Assembly (NCBI RefSeq): GCF_001194135.2
Contig: NC_068991.1
Span: 13,142,609 to 13,206,608 of the forward strand
DNA from: Octopus bimaculoides
Taxonomy: Eukaryota
Direction: 5' to 3'
DNA: 64,000 bases
How positions within the stretch are numbered: position 1 is the first letter of the stretch; every line of letters begins with the position of its first letter. Position numbers and translations under genes: made by a program. Shown here piece by piece: positions 13,362-26,039 of this stretch. The notes under the pieces are model-generated. The model was not told where the DNA came from and ran no database searches. It was given only the letters and a program-made list of their open reading frames with translations.

Positions 13362-13690
13362 ATCTCTTTGGCAAGCTACATCGACCAACAAATTCCTCCT
13401 CGCAGTACCTTTCTCCACCAAAGTTATGTCTGGCCTTGTAATTCTATCTGTCTGGAATGTAAAACCTCACAAGTGTTTCACAGTCTGTTTTTTCTGAAGG
13501 ATTTCCTCTGCTTTACGCTCATACCGTCTCTCAGTGGTTGAAAATCCATATTTCTAGTGGAGGTGTAAGAGCACTTTATCGGGACGTTTTTCATATTCCC
13601 TCTGTACATGTTTGCCACACTTTCCACTCTCTCCCAACATAACCTACATTTATTTGTTCCATTTGGGTTATACATATTCCTTATCGAATT
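13362..13690 (-). mobile_element. Decayed RLE-type non-LTR retrotransposon fragment (zinc knuckle plus start of endonuclease)
   Basis: ORF 13478-13675 contains KCRLCWERVESVA (CRxC of the CCHC knuckle). Downstream, in another frame, it reads GFTFQTDRITRPDITLVEK..LLVDVAC (RPD..D motif). Abuts (ATT)n at 13699-13776. Confidence 0.8.
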
Positions 13691-13695
13691 TTTGC

Positions 13696-13754
<59 letters not shown>

Positions 13755-14194
13755 CATTATTATCATCATCATCATCAGAAACCTAATTCAACACCGTATG
13801 TTTCTCTCGTCAGTAACATAGCTTCATAATTGCCACTATGACTCGTTATCAAATGCTAAACATAGAAAAGGATTAAAATGGCGAGTTGCGCTATGAATCT
13901 CCCCGCCACCAGACAGCACTGCAGTATAACGTGCAAAAGAATACATAAATGTTAAAAAGCAGAAAACAAAGAAAGAAATGAAAAGAGAAAGAAGCAAATA
14001 TGTTATAATTACTGTGATGAAGTTGCTGTTGTTGTTGTTNNNNNNNNNNNNNNNNNNNNNNNNNNNNNNNNNNNNNNNNNNNNNNNNNNNNNNNNNNNNN
14101 NNNNNNNNNNNNNNNNNNNNNNNNNNNNNNNNNNNNNNNNNNNNNNNNNNNNNNNNNNNNNNNNNNNNNNNNNNNNNNNNNNNNNNNGGGCAAA

Positions 14195-14426
14195 GGTAGT
14201 GAGCTGGCAGAAACGTTAGCACACCGGGTGAAAAGCTTAGCGGTATTTCGTCTGCCGTTACGTTCTCAGTTCAAATTCCGCCGAGGTCGACTTTGCCTTT
14301 CATCCTTTCGGGGTTGATAAATTAAGTACCAGTTACGCACTGGGGTCGATGTAATCGACTTAATCCGTTTGCCTGTCCTTGTTTGTCCCCTCTGTGTGTA
14401 GCCCCTTGTGGGCAGTAAAGAAATAA
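14195..14426 (+). mobile_element. SINE family D (tail type 1), full length
   Basis: Head 'gagctggcagaaacgttagc', B-box-like 'GTTCAAATTCC', core 'gactttgcctttcatcctttcgggg', tail 'gccccttgtgggcagtaaagaaataa'. Confidence 0.9.
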
Positions 14427-14615
14427 GAAACGTTAGCACGCCGGGCGAAATGCTTAGCGGTATTTCGTCTGTCTTTATGTACGGGGTTAAAATTCCGCCG
14501 AGGTCAACTTTGCTTTTCATTCTTTCGAGATTGATAAATTAAGTTGAACAATGGGGTCGATCTAATCGACTGGGCCCCTCCCCTAAAATTTCGGGCCTTG
14601 TGCCAAGATTAGAAG
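14427..14615 (+). mobile_element. SINE family D (tail type 2), slightly 5'-truncated, head-to-tail with the previous copy
   Basis: Same head and core; tail 'ccccctcccctaaaatttcgggccttgtgcc' as at 53500-53545. Confidence 0.85.
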
Positions 14616-14617
14616 GG

Positions 14618-14790
14618 CAGCAATGTCGATTATATTGATTCCAGTACTTGCTTGGTACTTTATTTTATTGTCGCTGACATGATAAAAGGCGAAGTTGAAT
14701 CCGGCAGGATTTAAAATTTGAGCATAAAACGCTGCAAAAAAATGTCACTAAGCAATGTCCGCCGCTCTAACGATTCTACCAACTCGCAGT
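14618..14790 (-). mobile_element. SINE family D, degenerate, inverted relative to the two upstream copies
   Basis: Ends 'ctaacgattctaccaactcgc'; contains 'aaaggcgaagttga'. Confidence 0.6.
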
Positions 14791-15057
14791 ATTCATACAT
14801 GCATATAATAAAACCTCACAAATATAACGAAAAGTGCCATCTTGTATTTATCTGTTACCCGTTTCAGTCATTTGACTGCGGCCATGATGGGAGACCGCCT
14901 AGAAGGATTTTAGTCGAACAAACCGAACCTAGTATTCATCCTATCGGTCAACACAGATGAATAAATTCATATTTATTTTCCCAGCTGGCACATTAATGTT
15001 TTTTTTTTGTAGTGGTCATATGTTTATACACATATACATCTGTGTTGTACTATAATC

Positions 15058-15322
15058 CAGGGGTTTTCAAACTATGGTCCGCAAGGACAAGACAGGGGGT
15101 CCGTGGACAGCAAATACTTTTTATGGGCAATTTGATTTTATATATGTTTTTTAATCGAAATCTTTTAATTGACAATAGACCTATTTGTTAAATACTGTTA
15201 AATAAATAAATGTAAAAATATGTTATTTTAAGCAAATATTTATGTATAAATTTCATAAGCGTTTATAAGGTAAAGCCTGAAATATAAAGGGGTCCGCAAG
15301 TCAAAAAGTTTGAAAACCCCTG
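15058..15322. mobile_element. hAT-superfamily MITE, 265 bp, intact
   Basis: Perfect 16-bp TIRs CAGGGGTTTTCAAACT (15058-15073 / 15307-15322) and perfect 8-bp TSD CTATAATC (15050-15057 / 15323-15330). Confidence 0.95.
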
Positions 15323-15965
15323 CTATAATCAACGGACAACAGAGATTTGCCTTAGATAAATTTTGCATACACAGGTAAAACCGGAAACGAGAAACAGAAT
15401 AGAGCAAAAACAGCTGAAATATGTGTCTTTCATTTGAGATTTATGTAAGTTCGTCACGGAGTCCATGCTGGCAACACGTTTTGAATTCTGAGTGTTTGTA
15501 AATAAGTTGTTAAATTAGAATGTACATAAACGTATCTGCTTTTATATTTCGGGTGAACACGACTCTTCATTGCTTGGGTGTTTGTGCGTGTGTGTATGCA
15601 ACGTTACATGCATGTCCTAGTAGATGTACATCACCAATTGTGTGAATATATTCATTTAAAGAATCTCGGAGAATGTTTGGAATGTCTTAAACATTTTTAC
15701 TGTCGCTAATAGACTGTATTTGAAGTAGGTGTGTCAGTTTCTTAAAAAAAAACCCCGTCTTATAATCAAATTACTTTTAAAACAAACTTCTAATTTTCTT
15801 GTGTTTTGACAGACATTTTCTTGAACAATACTCTGTGCAAAACAAAAAACAAAAAAAAAAGGAATGAATATGGCACTCTAGTTATGATACGAACTTGAAC
15901 TTCTGACTTGAGGCCTCTGGTGAGACTTGGAGTCAACTTGTACAAATACAAGGCAAAAGCCAAAC

Positions 15966-16005
<40 letters not shown>

Positions 16006-16887
16006 TCTTTTCTACTATAGGCACTTTCTACTATAGCAGTTTCTTTCTTTCTTTCTTTCTTTCCTTCCTTCTTTCTTTCTTTCCTACATCCATTCATTCA
16101 TTTTGTCTTCTTTCCTTTCTTTTTCATACACTAATCCTCTTCCTATCTCTCTCGCTCGCTGTCTCTTATCATTCCTATACTNNNNNNNNNNNNNNNNNNN
16201 NNNNNNNNNNNNNNNNNNNNNNNNNNNNNNNNNNNNNNNNNNNNNNNNNNNNNNNNNNNNNNNNNNNNNNNNNNNNNNNNNNNNNNNNNNNNNNNNNNNN
16301 NNNNNNNNNNNNNNNNNNNNNNNNNNNNNNNNNNNNNNNNNNNNNNNNNNNNNNNNNNNNNNNNNNNNNNNNNNNNNNNNNNNNNNNNNNNNNNNNNNNN
16401 NNNNNNNNNNNNNNNNNNNNNNNNNNNNNNNNNNNNNNNNNNNNNNNNNNNNNNNNNNNNNNNNNNNNNNNNNNNNNNNNNNNNNNNNNNNNNNNNNNNN
16501 NNNNNNNNNNNNNNNNNNNNNNNNNNNNNNNNNNNNNNNNNNNNNNNNNNNNNNNNNNNNNNNNNNNNNNNNNNNNNNNNNNNNNNNNNNNNNNNNNNNN
16601 NNNNNNNNNNNNNNNNNNNNNNNNNNNNNNNNNNNNNNNNNNNNNNNNNNNNNNNNNNNNNNNNNNNNNNNNNNNNNNNNNNNNNNNNNNNNNNNNNNNN
16701 NNNNNNNNNNNNNNNNNNNNNNNNNNNNNNNNNNNNNNNNNNNNNNNNNNNNNNNNNNNNNNNNNNNNNNNNNNNNNNNNNNNNNNNNNNNNNNNNNNNN
16801 NNNNTATTCCCGAGCGTCATACTAATATATACTTTTGTTATTTACACCACCTGTCCTCGTCTGTTGTTATTTTTTGTATAATCTCCC

Positions 16888-16951
<64 letters not shown>

Positions 16952-17056
16952 GTGTGTGTAGGTGTGTATATGTATATATATATATATATATGACCGGATT
17001 ACTTAACTCCTACAATTTTCTTCACTTCGTTTTGCCATATATTTTTATTATTAGAT

Positions 17057-17476
17057 GCAGGCGTGGCTGCGTGGTTAAGAAGTTTGCTTACCAACCCTAT
17101 GATTTTAGGTTCAGTCCCACTGTACGGCAGTTTGGGAAAAGTGTTTTTTATTGTAACCCTGGACCGACCAAAGCCTTTGATTGAATTCTGTAGACGAAGA
17201 CTGAAGGAAGTCCTTCGTACACACACACACACACACATATGTGTGTGTGTGTGTGTGTGTCTTTGTGTTGCATCCCCCAACCACGCCGCTTGACAATGGG
17301 TGTTGGTTTCTTTACGCCCTTGTAACCTGGAGGTTTGACAATTGAAACCGATAAAATAAAGACCAAGCTTCCAAAAAAAAAAAAAAAAAAGCATTGCGGT
17401 CGATTTGTTCGACTTAATTGTTTCAAGGCGGTGCTCTAGTATGGCTGCAGTCCAATAAATGAAACAAATAAAAGAG
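17057..17476 (+). mobile_element. SINE family B, full length, internal (CA)n/(TG)n
   Basis: Head 'gcaggcgtggctgcgtggttaagaag...ggttcagtcccactg'; tail 'gaaacaaataaaagag'. Confidence 0.85.
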
Positions 17477-18178
17477 AAAAAGACTATCGTTAGAGCGTCA
17501 AACAAAACGCCTCGATGTATTTGGTTCAGCTTTTTAGANNNNNNNNNNNNNNNNNNNNNNNNNNNNNNNNNNNNNNNNNNNNNNNNNNNNNNNNNNNNNN
17601 NNNNNNNNNNNNNNNNNNNNNNNNNNNNNNNNNNNNNNNNNNNNNNNNNNNNNNNNNNNNNNNNNNNNNNNNNNNNNNNNNNNNNNNNNNNNNNNNNNNN
17701 NNNNNNNNNNNNNNNNNNNNNNNNNNNNNNNNNNNNNNNNNNNNNNNNNNNNNNNNNNNNNNNNNNNNNNNNNNNNNNNNNNNNNNNNNNNNNNNNNNNN
17801 NNNNNNNNNNNNNNNNNNNNNNNNNNNNNNNNNNNNNNNNNNNNNNNNNNNNNNNNNNNNNNNNNNNNNNNNNNNNNNNNNNNNNNNNNNNNNNNNNNNN
17901 NNNNNNNNNNNNNNNNNNNNNNNNNNNNNNNNNNNNNNNNNNNNNNNNNNNNNNNNNNNNNNNNNNNNNNNNNNNNNNNNNNNNNNNNNNNNNNNNNNNN
18001 NNNNNNNNNNNNNNNNNNNNNNNNNNNNNNNNNNNNNNNNNNNNNNNNNNNNNNNNNNNNNNNNNNNNNNNNNNNNNNNNNNNNNNNNNNNNNNNNNNNN
18101 NNNNNNNNNNNNNNNNNNNNNNNNNNNNNNNNNNNNNNNNNNNNNNNNNNNNNNNNNNNNNNNNNNNNNNNNNNNNNN

Positions 18179-18469
18179 GAGCGAAAACACCTAAAAGCTC
18201 CACGAGGCTCCGGCAGGGGATGGTGGCGAACCCTGCTGTACTCTTCCACCACAACTTTCTCTCACTCTTACTTCCTGTTTCTGTTGTGCCTGTAATTCAA
18301 AGGGTCGGCCTTGTCACACTGTGTCACGCTGAATATCCCCGAGAACTACGTTAAGGGTACACGTGTCTGTGGAGTGCTCAGCCACTTGCACGTTAATTTC
18401 ACGAGCAGGCTGTTCCGTTGATTGGATCAACTGGAACCCTCGACGTCGTAAGTGACGGAGTGCCAACAA
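18179..18469 (+). mobile_element. SINE family A, body and 3' end (head lost in gap)
   Basis: Near-identical to 50117-50392 and to the reverse complement of 21506-21801; ends 'gacggagtgccaacaa'. Confidence 0.92.
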
Positions 18470-18524
18470 AACGACTTAATTCTTCGAATTTGCTGGCTTT
18501 GTGTTAAAATTTAAAACCATAACA

Positions 18525-18736
18525 AAAGCGGCAAACTGGTTGAATTGCTGACGCGTCAGAGGAAACACTTAAAAGCATGTCTTCCGGCTCTTCTCATTCT
18601 GAGTTCAAACCTCACCGCGTCCAACTTTACCTTTTGGTGTCGATGAAATAGACTACCGGATAAATACTGGAGTCGATGCAATCGACTTTCCCCTCTTCTC
18701 TTTCTTCCAGAATTGTTGGCCTTGTATCAAAATTAG
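18525..18736 (+). mobile_element. SINE family D, degenerate
   Basis: 'ttctgagttcaaa', 'actggagtcgatgcaatcgact' and 'ggccttgt'. Confidence 0.65.
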
Positions 18737-20466
18737 CAGGGATTAAATCTTACCTATTTTTATTCCCTACTTTCATTGCACAACGGATCACAGCTCAATG
18801 TGTTATGGATACGTGCAGTGTTTCATTTTTTTTTGTTTTGATTTTCCCCCCATTGTACTTAAAAGATTAATCTGCGTAAAACGTGTGCAGTGTCTAGCAC
18901 TGATATTTTATGTATGTTTTTTTTTTGTATTATTTGTAATTAAGTCTGCGTTTTTTTGGTTATGTCTTCGTTTGTATCTTTTTTAAATCATTCCCAAGGC
19001 ACCTATTATCACAGGGATTGTTTCTGTTTAGACTTTTTCCAATAATCTACTTTACGGAAACAGTCGAGTATGGACGATTACCAAGAGTAATCTTACGGAA
19101 TGTTAACTTGGCAAATATACAGATCGTCTGCCTTTACTGAAGAAAACTCCAGGAATTTGACCTGATCTGATTACACACACACACACACACACATACAAAC
19201 GTGTGTGCAACCATGTTTGTATATACATATATTCATGCATATATAATGCGTACAAAAATTATTTATTATTATCTATATATCTATACATCCCTCTATCTGT
19301 CTTAGCTATCTACCAATTTATCTGTTTACTTGTCTACGACTCAATGACTCACGCACGCATATAAACTAACGTACGCGCGCGTACGATTCAACTCATCACA
19401 GCTCACCTCACTGCACTAAAGAACTTGCTCGTCCATACAGCTCTCGTCTTTCATCACGCTATTAATATATATATATGAAATAACGATTTTTCGTGTTTTT
19501 TTTGCTGTTCAGTTCTCGCTGTTGACGCGACAGAGATAGGTTGAACTTTCACTGCAGGGTCAGTCTTGATTGCTGAAACATATTGTCTAGCCCGGTAATA
19601 TTTTGGATTATTTCGAAATACATATACATCGGACTGTTTCTCTTTTTAACCAACCTCTAACTGGCTTACACACACACGCACACACACACACACACACACA
19701 ACTTCATATAGACATACACATATCTTACATACACGCTCATACACGTAGTTCTGAAGCATTGGGTTTTATCGAGTGTTCTCGTAATTATCTGCTTTAGCAG
19801 GATTAAATTTCTTAATGCACATGCGCGCGCGCGCGTGTGCGTGTACGTGTGTGTGCGTGCGTGTGGATGTACATATATAAGAATGCATGCGTATCACACA
19901 AACACACACACACATACACACACACACACACATACCTGTATAGTGTAAAGACAACGAACTTTAAAAAGAACAATGCCCGAAGAACAAAGTTTGATAAATA
20001 TGATGTATTAATTTAACGCTTCAGTGGATAAAGGAAGCATCTTAACGTTTCGGACTATGGCGCTTCATCGGGAAAAAGAAAGAGAGAAAAGCATAGAAGG
20101 AGAGAAAGGGAAATAGTGTATCAAAAAGAGAAAGTGCACAGGAGGAGAACGAAAGATTAAAAACTTGGAAGGAATGCTGTTCTATGGGCAAAATTAAGAC
20201 GGAAAGAAGGAATGGGTATATAGGTGTATGTATCAAAGTGTATCTGCGTTTGGATGCGGGTATAAGAAAGAGTGTGTATGTATGCCAGAGTGGTGTATAG
20301 AAGTATGCAAATGCAGAGATATAGTGGCGTCGTTTTCTGGGGGTAATTTGTGCTGGCATGTGTAGTTGTGAGGCGAATCTTCGGAATGTGTATGTGATAA
20401 AGTATGAGCGTGTGCAAATGTGTGGCAATAAAGATAGTGATAAATTACATATGTAAGCATGTGTTT

Positions 20467-20518
<52 letters not shown>

Positions 20519-20608
20519 CGCGTGCGTGTGTACGTACATAGATATGCATGCACACACACACACAAACATGTGAGTGTATGTGTGTGTGTGTGTGTGTATA
20601 TGAAACAT

Positions 20609-20950
20609 GAAGGTGCCTGGCTCAGTGGTTAGAGCGTCGTGATCTCGATCATGAGGTAGTGAGTTCGATTCCGGGACCGGGATGTGTGTTGTGTTCTTGA
20701 GCAAGACTCTTTATTTCACGTTGATCCAGTACACTCAGCTGTAGAAAGGAGTTGCGACGTCGCTAGTGCCAAGCTGTATCGGCCCCTTTGCCTTTCCCTT
20801 GGATAACAATGGTCGGGAGAGGGGAGGCCGGTATGCATGGCTGACTGCTGGTTTTCTATAAACAACCTTGCCCAGACTTGTGCCTCGAAGGGGAACTTTC
20901 TAGGTGCAATCCTATGGTCATTCATGACCGAAGGGGGTCTTTACCCTTAC
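20609..20950 (+). mobile_element. tRNA-headed SINE family C, full length
   Basis: A box TGGCTCAGTGG and B box GTTCGATTCC. Body 'gtgttgtgttcttgagcaag' is shared with 51756, 57590 and 61965. A 3' stem-loop GGTCA-TTCA-TGACC is present. Confidence 0.85.
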
Positions 20951-21505
20951 CGTCTATGAAACAGACACACAGTTATAGTACATAGCTTCAGTACAGTTTC
21001 TTTCTATCAATTTTTTCAGCTCGAGCCTACAGTAGATTACATACTTCCAATGTTCCGCGTAGCGGGATCGAACGTAGAACATCGTGGAAATGAAGTAAAT
21101 TTCTTACAAATGCATCCATGTTTGCGTCCAAACTATGTAAAATTTCTTTTAAACATACGATAGTGAAAACTCCGCAAAACATCAGTTTTAAATTAATATC
21201 TTTTAAAGGATCCTACGTACGTCTTAATTAAGCCCTTCTGTTTTGTTCAGAGCAATATATTTCGTATGCCTAGCGACATGTCAAAACTTTCCTGCTCTTA
21301 TCTCTCCGAGAAAATTTTTTTAGTGGCAGATCATAAAAAATAAATACATAATCACACACACACACACACAAAGCGCTAACACACTATCTTAAAGATCGCG
21401 TTTCGTTAGTCATGTAGGCTTTTACATAGAGAGGTTATCCAGTGCATATTTTTGCATATTAATAATGAAAAAAAAATTACTCAATGCACCAAGTTCACAC
21501 ACACA

Positions 21506-21801
21506 GCTGAGCATTCCACAGACACGTGTACCCTTAACGTAGTTCTCGGGGGATATTCAGCGTGACACGGAGTGTGACAAGGCTGACCCTTTGAATTACA
21601 GGCACAACAGAAACAGGAAGTAAGAGTGAGAGAAAGTTGTGGTGAAAGAGTACAGCAGGGTTCGCCACCATCCCCTGCCGGAGCCTCGTGGAGCTTTAGG
21701 TATTTTTCGCTCAGTAAACACTCACAACGCCCGGTCTGGGAATCGAAACCGCGATCCTATGACCACGAGTTCGCTGCCCTAACCACTGGGCCATTGCGCC
21801 T
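21506..21801 (-). mobile_element. tRNA-headed SINE family A, head and body, 3'-truncated
   Basis: Minus strand reads aggcgcaaTGGCCCAGTGGttagggcagcg...GGTTTCGATTCCCagacc; body matches 18179-18390. Confidence 0.92.
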
Positions 21802-22419
21802 GCACTCCCAACATCATACTTCATCGTATCTTCACATCTGTCAGGGGCCACACCTTCTAAACCTCTTCTTTCTCAATGTCCCCCCTCCATCTCTTGTAAT
21901 CTTTCCCTCTTCTTCCCCCAGTTTCCCCTTATCGTCTACCTTTTTTATCATTCCTTTCGCTATGCTAATGACTTGTATATATTTCTGCGTTTCGCACTTG
22001 AGTTTTATAGGAATGCTTTTTTATATTCCCATAAAGTATATGCACAGACATTGATTAGTGGAAGAAGACGAAATAGAAGATGATGAAGAAGAAGAAGAAG
22101 AAGAAGAAGAAGAAGAAGAAGAAGAAGATGACGGTGGTGATAACGAATGGTGATAATGATGGTAATGAAGAACAAGTATATAAAAAAAAAATCCAACATA
22201 GTAAGATAGGAAGGAAGATTGAAAAAAAAATGAAGGGAAGAAAATGTTTGTTTGTGTGTGTGTGTGTAAAAATAAGAGATAAGTGAGTCGTAATTTAGAA
22301 TTTTTAAGATGTTCGTTTTTTTAAGTGGTTATTCTGTCAATCTGTCGTTCCTTCTGTTGTTTATATGTATACTTGTATCTGTGTCCGAGTATATATATAT
22401 ATATACATACATACATACA

Positions 22420-22474
<55 letters not shown>

Positions 22475-24347
22475 NNNNNNNNNNNNNNNNNNNNNNNNNN
22501 NNNNNNNNNNNNNNNNNNNNNNNNNNNNNNNNNNNNNNNNNNNNNNNNNNNNNNNNNNNNNNNNNNNNNNNNNNNNNNNNNNNNNNNNNNNNNNNNNNNN
22601 NNNNNNNNNNNNNNNNNNNNNNNNNNNNNNNNNNNNNNNNNNNNNNNNNNNNNNNNNNNNNNNNNNNNNNNNNNNNNNNNNNNNNNNNNNNNNNNNNNNN
22701 NNNNNNNNNNNNNNNNNNNNNNNNNNNNNNNNNNNNNNNNNNNNNNNNNNNNNNNNNNNNNNNNNNNNNNNNNNNNNNNNNNNNNNNNNNNNNNNNNNNN
22801 NNNNNNNNNNNNNNNNNNNNNNNNNNNNNNNNNNNNNNNNNNNNNNNNNNNNNNNNNNNNNNNNNNNNNNNNNNNNNNNNNNNNNNNNNNNNNNNNNNNN
22901 NNNNNNNNNNNNNNNNNNNNNNNNNNNNNNNNNNNNNNNNNNNNNNNNNNNNNNNNNNNNNNNNNNNNNNNNNNNNNNNNNNNNNNNNNNNNNNNNNNNN
23001 NNNNNNNNNNNNNNNNNNNNGAGGAGGAGGAGGAGGAGGAGGAGGAAGGGGAGGCAGAAGAGAATATGCATAAACCGTCTGGATGTAATTCTAAAAATAT
23101 CACCATAGTTGTTTTCTTCTTTCAACTCTTTTCTTTTTGTAGGGTCTTCTTTTAATCTCTCTTTCCTTCTCACATCATCTTCTCCCCCCACTCCCCGTCT
23201 CTGTCTCTCTAACTGTCTCTCTTTCTCTTTCTCATCCTAATTTATTATACCAGTAACTCCTATCCACTAAACACGGAGTCAATCTTCAGATAGGTAAATA
23301 AATAAATGAGTAAATAAAGAAATAAAATAAAAATGGGAAAATACAGCAAAAATGCAAAAAAAAGTAATAATAAAGACAAAACAAACAAATAAACGTCTGT
23401 ATTTCATTGAAAATAAAAATAAAGTCAAAACAACGACTCTAGACAAATACTCCACATTACAACGTTCATACACATGCATACGCGCGCACACACACACATA
23501 TATATACATATATACACACAGGTGTTAAGGCGCATACTAGAGAAGTACAATGCATTCCCTTGAGTTTTGCAGCCGAAGTTCATATTTCTCAGAAGAAAAC
23601 TCAGTAGGTTCATAACAGGCTAAATTAGAATATTATCTAGGGCAACGACAAAAGCCTGCACAGAAACCACCACCCACCAGGAACCCCCAAACAAAGCAAA
23701 ACATTCAACATAATTAAACACCCGCAAAAGACAAAGCCACATANNNNNNNNNNNNNNNNNNNNNNNNNNNNNNNNNNNNNNNNNNNNNNNNNNNNNNNNN
23801 NNNNNNNNNNNNNNNNNNNNNNNNNNNNNNNNNNNNNNNNNNNATACAGAAAGAGAGAGAGAGAATATTATCGAGAAAGAGGGAGATGTAGATAGTAATA
23901 ATGAGGTCGAATATTGGTTAATTTACGCAGCGAAGGCTTGCTTATTTGGCAGTGTTAGCAAGCGTGGCTAAGAACTTGCGAATAGCACCAATACCTATGA
24001 ACGCCTTTTGGTTAGAAAAAACGCTCACGCGTATGTAATGATTACTTTGACAACTTGCAAGATGAAACTTGGTTTTACAACTTGGATATTTTATTTGTTT
24101 GTTTATTTATTTATTTACTATTACCCTGCTGTTTGATCCCTAACACCTGCCTTCAGATTAACGGAAAACGTAAACAAATCTGTTTTTAATGTGCGTTTCT
24201 CTAGGTTGTGTGTGTACGCACAAACATACACATACNNNNNNNNNNATATATATATATATATATATATATATGCGTGTATGTGTGTGTGTGTATTCATGTG
24301 TGTGTATATATATATATTTAGGTATCTGTATTCTATTATATATATGT

Positions 24348-24381
<34 letters not shown>

Positions 24382-24794
24382 CACGTTTATGGGTGTGTGT
24401 GTATTCATATATATATATATGTATCTATACACATATATATGTGAATGTATACATACATATGTGTGTGTGTGTGTGCATATATGAAGAGTAAGTCGGGAAG
24501 TTTGAGAGTTGAATATATATTTCTTCATCTAACCACGTGACTTCCACACAATCACGGCCATTTCGCAGCCTTCACCATGCAGTATTAATTCAGTATGCAA
24601 GAAATTATGTGTACAGATTTGTATTAATATGCATACTCAGCATCATACAACACGATTGTATATTCACAAATTAATGCAACTAAAGAAAGCTAGCTCATCA
24701 GATCATCATAGTCTACCCATCACAGAATAATTTTTATTGCTGGGATTTTCTGGATTTTCAGCGACACAGATTATTGCTATTACACTATTTTGTA

Positions 24795-25229
24795 TTAGGT
24801 CGTCAAGTATGAAATTTGTAGAAAATACAAGGAATGGTTTTATTCATCAAAGTATGCACCCACTTTTGCCATTTCAGCGGTAGCTTGTCCAACCCGGAAC
24901 TGTAAAAGCTTGGCAGTCTAGAATCAATAAAATCTTGGAACGCCTGTCTTACAGCGTCGTCGGAATTAAAATTTTTTCCTATCAAAAAGTTATCCAAATT
25001 CAAGAAAAAGTAGTAGTTAGTGGGGACAAGACCAGGCGAGTATGATGGATGATGGAGAATTTCCAACTCCGACTTCTGTAGCTTCGCCAATGTCATTTTT
25101 GCGATGTGTGGTCTGGCGTTGTCTTGCAATAAAATAGGAGTGGATCTGTTGACTAATCTAGGCTGTTTTTTTTTTGTAAGTTTCTGCATCATTTGGTCCA
25201 GTTGGCCGCAATATACTTCAGCCGTGATT
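24795..25229 (-). mobile_element. Mariner transposon remnant: transposase C-terminal catalytic region plus one terminal inverted repeat; inactive
   Basis: ORF 24803-25264 contains ITAEVYC.QLD, LLQDNARPH and HPSYSPGLVPTNYYFF. The canonical mariner motif is YSPDLAP(S/T)DY, so the third catalytic Asp reads Asn. The terminus is TA-TTAGGTCGTCAAGTATGAAAT at 24793-24815. Confidence 0.92.
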
Positions 25230-25243
25230 GGAGCAATATCGGG

Positions 25244-25378
25244 TATAACCAGCCGAAACTGCAAGGATAATCTGGATCTCGACTGAAGAAAGAAAACTCC
25301 GAATGACCTGTCCGTGTCTTCTTTGTATCGTCCATCTGGATGTTTTGTCCCTTTCTTGTATCACCTAAATGTCTGGAT
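25244..25378 (+). repeat. Dispersed repeat family G (possibly Penelope-LTR-like)
   Basis: High identity with 29214-29348 ('tataaccagccgaaa.tgcaaggataatctggatctcgactgaaga'). Confidence 0.8.
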
Positions 25379-26039
25379 NNNNNNNNNNNNNNNNNNNNNN
25401 NNNNNNNNNNNNNNNNNNNNNNNNNNNNNNNNNNNNNNNNNNNNNNNNNNNNNNNNNNNNNNNNNATATTTATGTGTATTTCTTCTATCTTAATGAATAA
25501 AAATTCTTCTGATAGAATAAATGGGTTAATAGAAACCAATGTAGCAAAGAACACAAAATAACTGTGGTTTAGTTCCTGTTTTTAAGGCAGGAACTCCTTG
25601 AAATTTTGGGTATTTGAGTATATTTAAGAATTTAAGGATTGGAGAAAACGCATGTTATAATTGCATACTTTATTCCTACATATGTTTCAAAGGATTACAA
25701 CCTGTGTGATCCATATATATATATGTATATGCCAATAAGTCTTACAATCACAGAAACTGAACAGAGTACATATGATCAACTTGTCTGTCTTCTTGAAGTT
25801 ATAACTCACTAGACGTATTCAACTCAACGAACAATTATAAAAATAATAAATAACTCGGCGTTAAGAGAAGAAATAAAATGTTACACGAGAATTACTATCA
25901 ATTTCGTATATTTATATCTGTGTATATATATGTAGACATATATATCTACATATAAATACATGAATATTCAGATCAGGTTACAGGCCAAAATGGGATGCCG
26001 TGTTCTGCATAATGTCTTTTATTTCGTATGCGATCCAGG

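Noticed and set aside
14195-14615. CRISPR-like repeat/spacer array
   Set aside because: The repeats are 200-nt SINE copies in eukaryotic DNA; no regular short repeats with unique spacers and no cas genes.
20043-20075. Hammerhead-like CCGAUGA..GAAACGUU on the minus strand (similar relics at 1143-1172, 2165-2195, 19550-19600)
   Set aside because: Core substitutions or deletions and unpaired stem II; at best unrecognisably decayed relics.
25571-25595. 8-bp hairpin resembling a terminator
   Set aside because: Expected by chance; intrinsic terminators are not relevant in this eukaryotic context.
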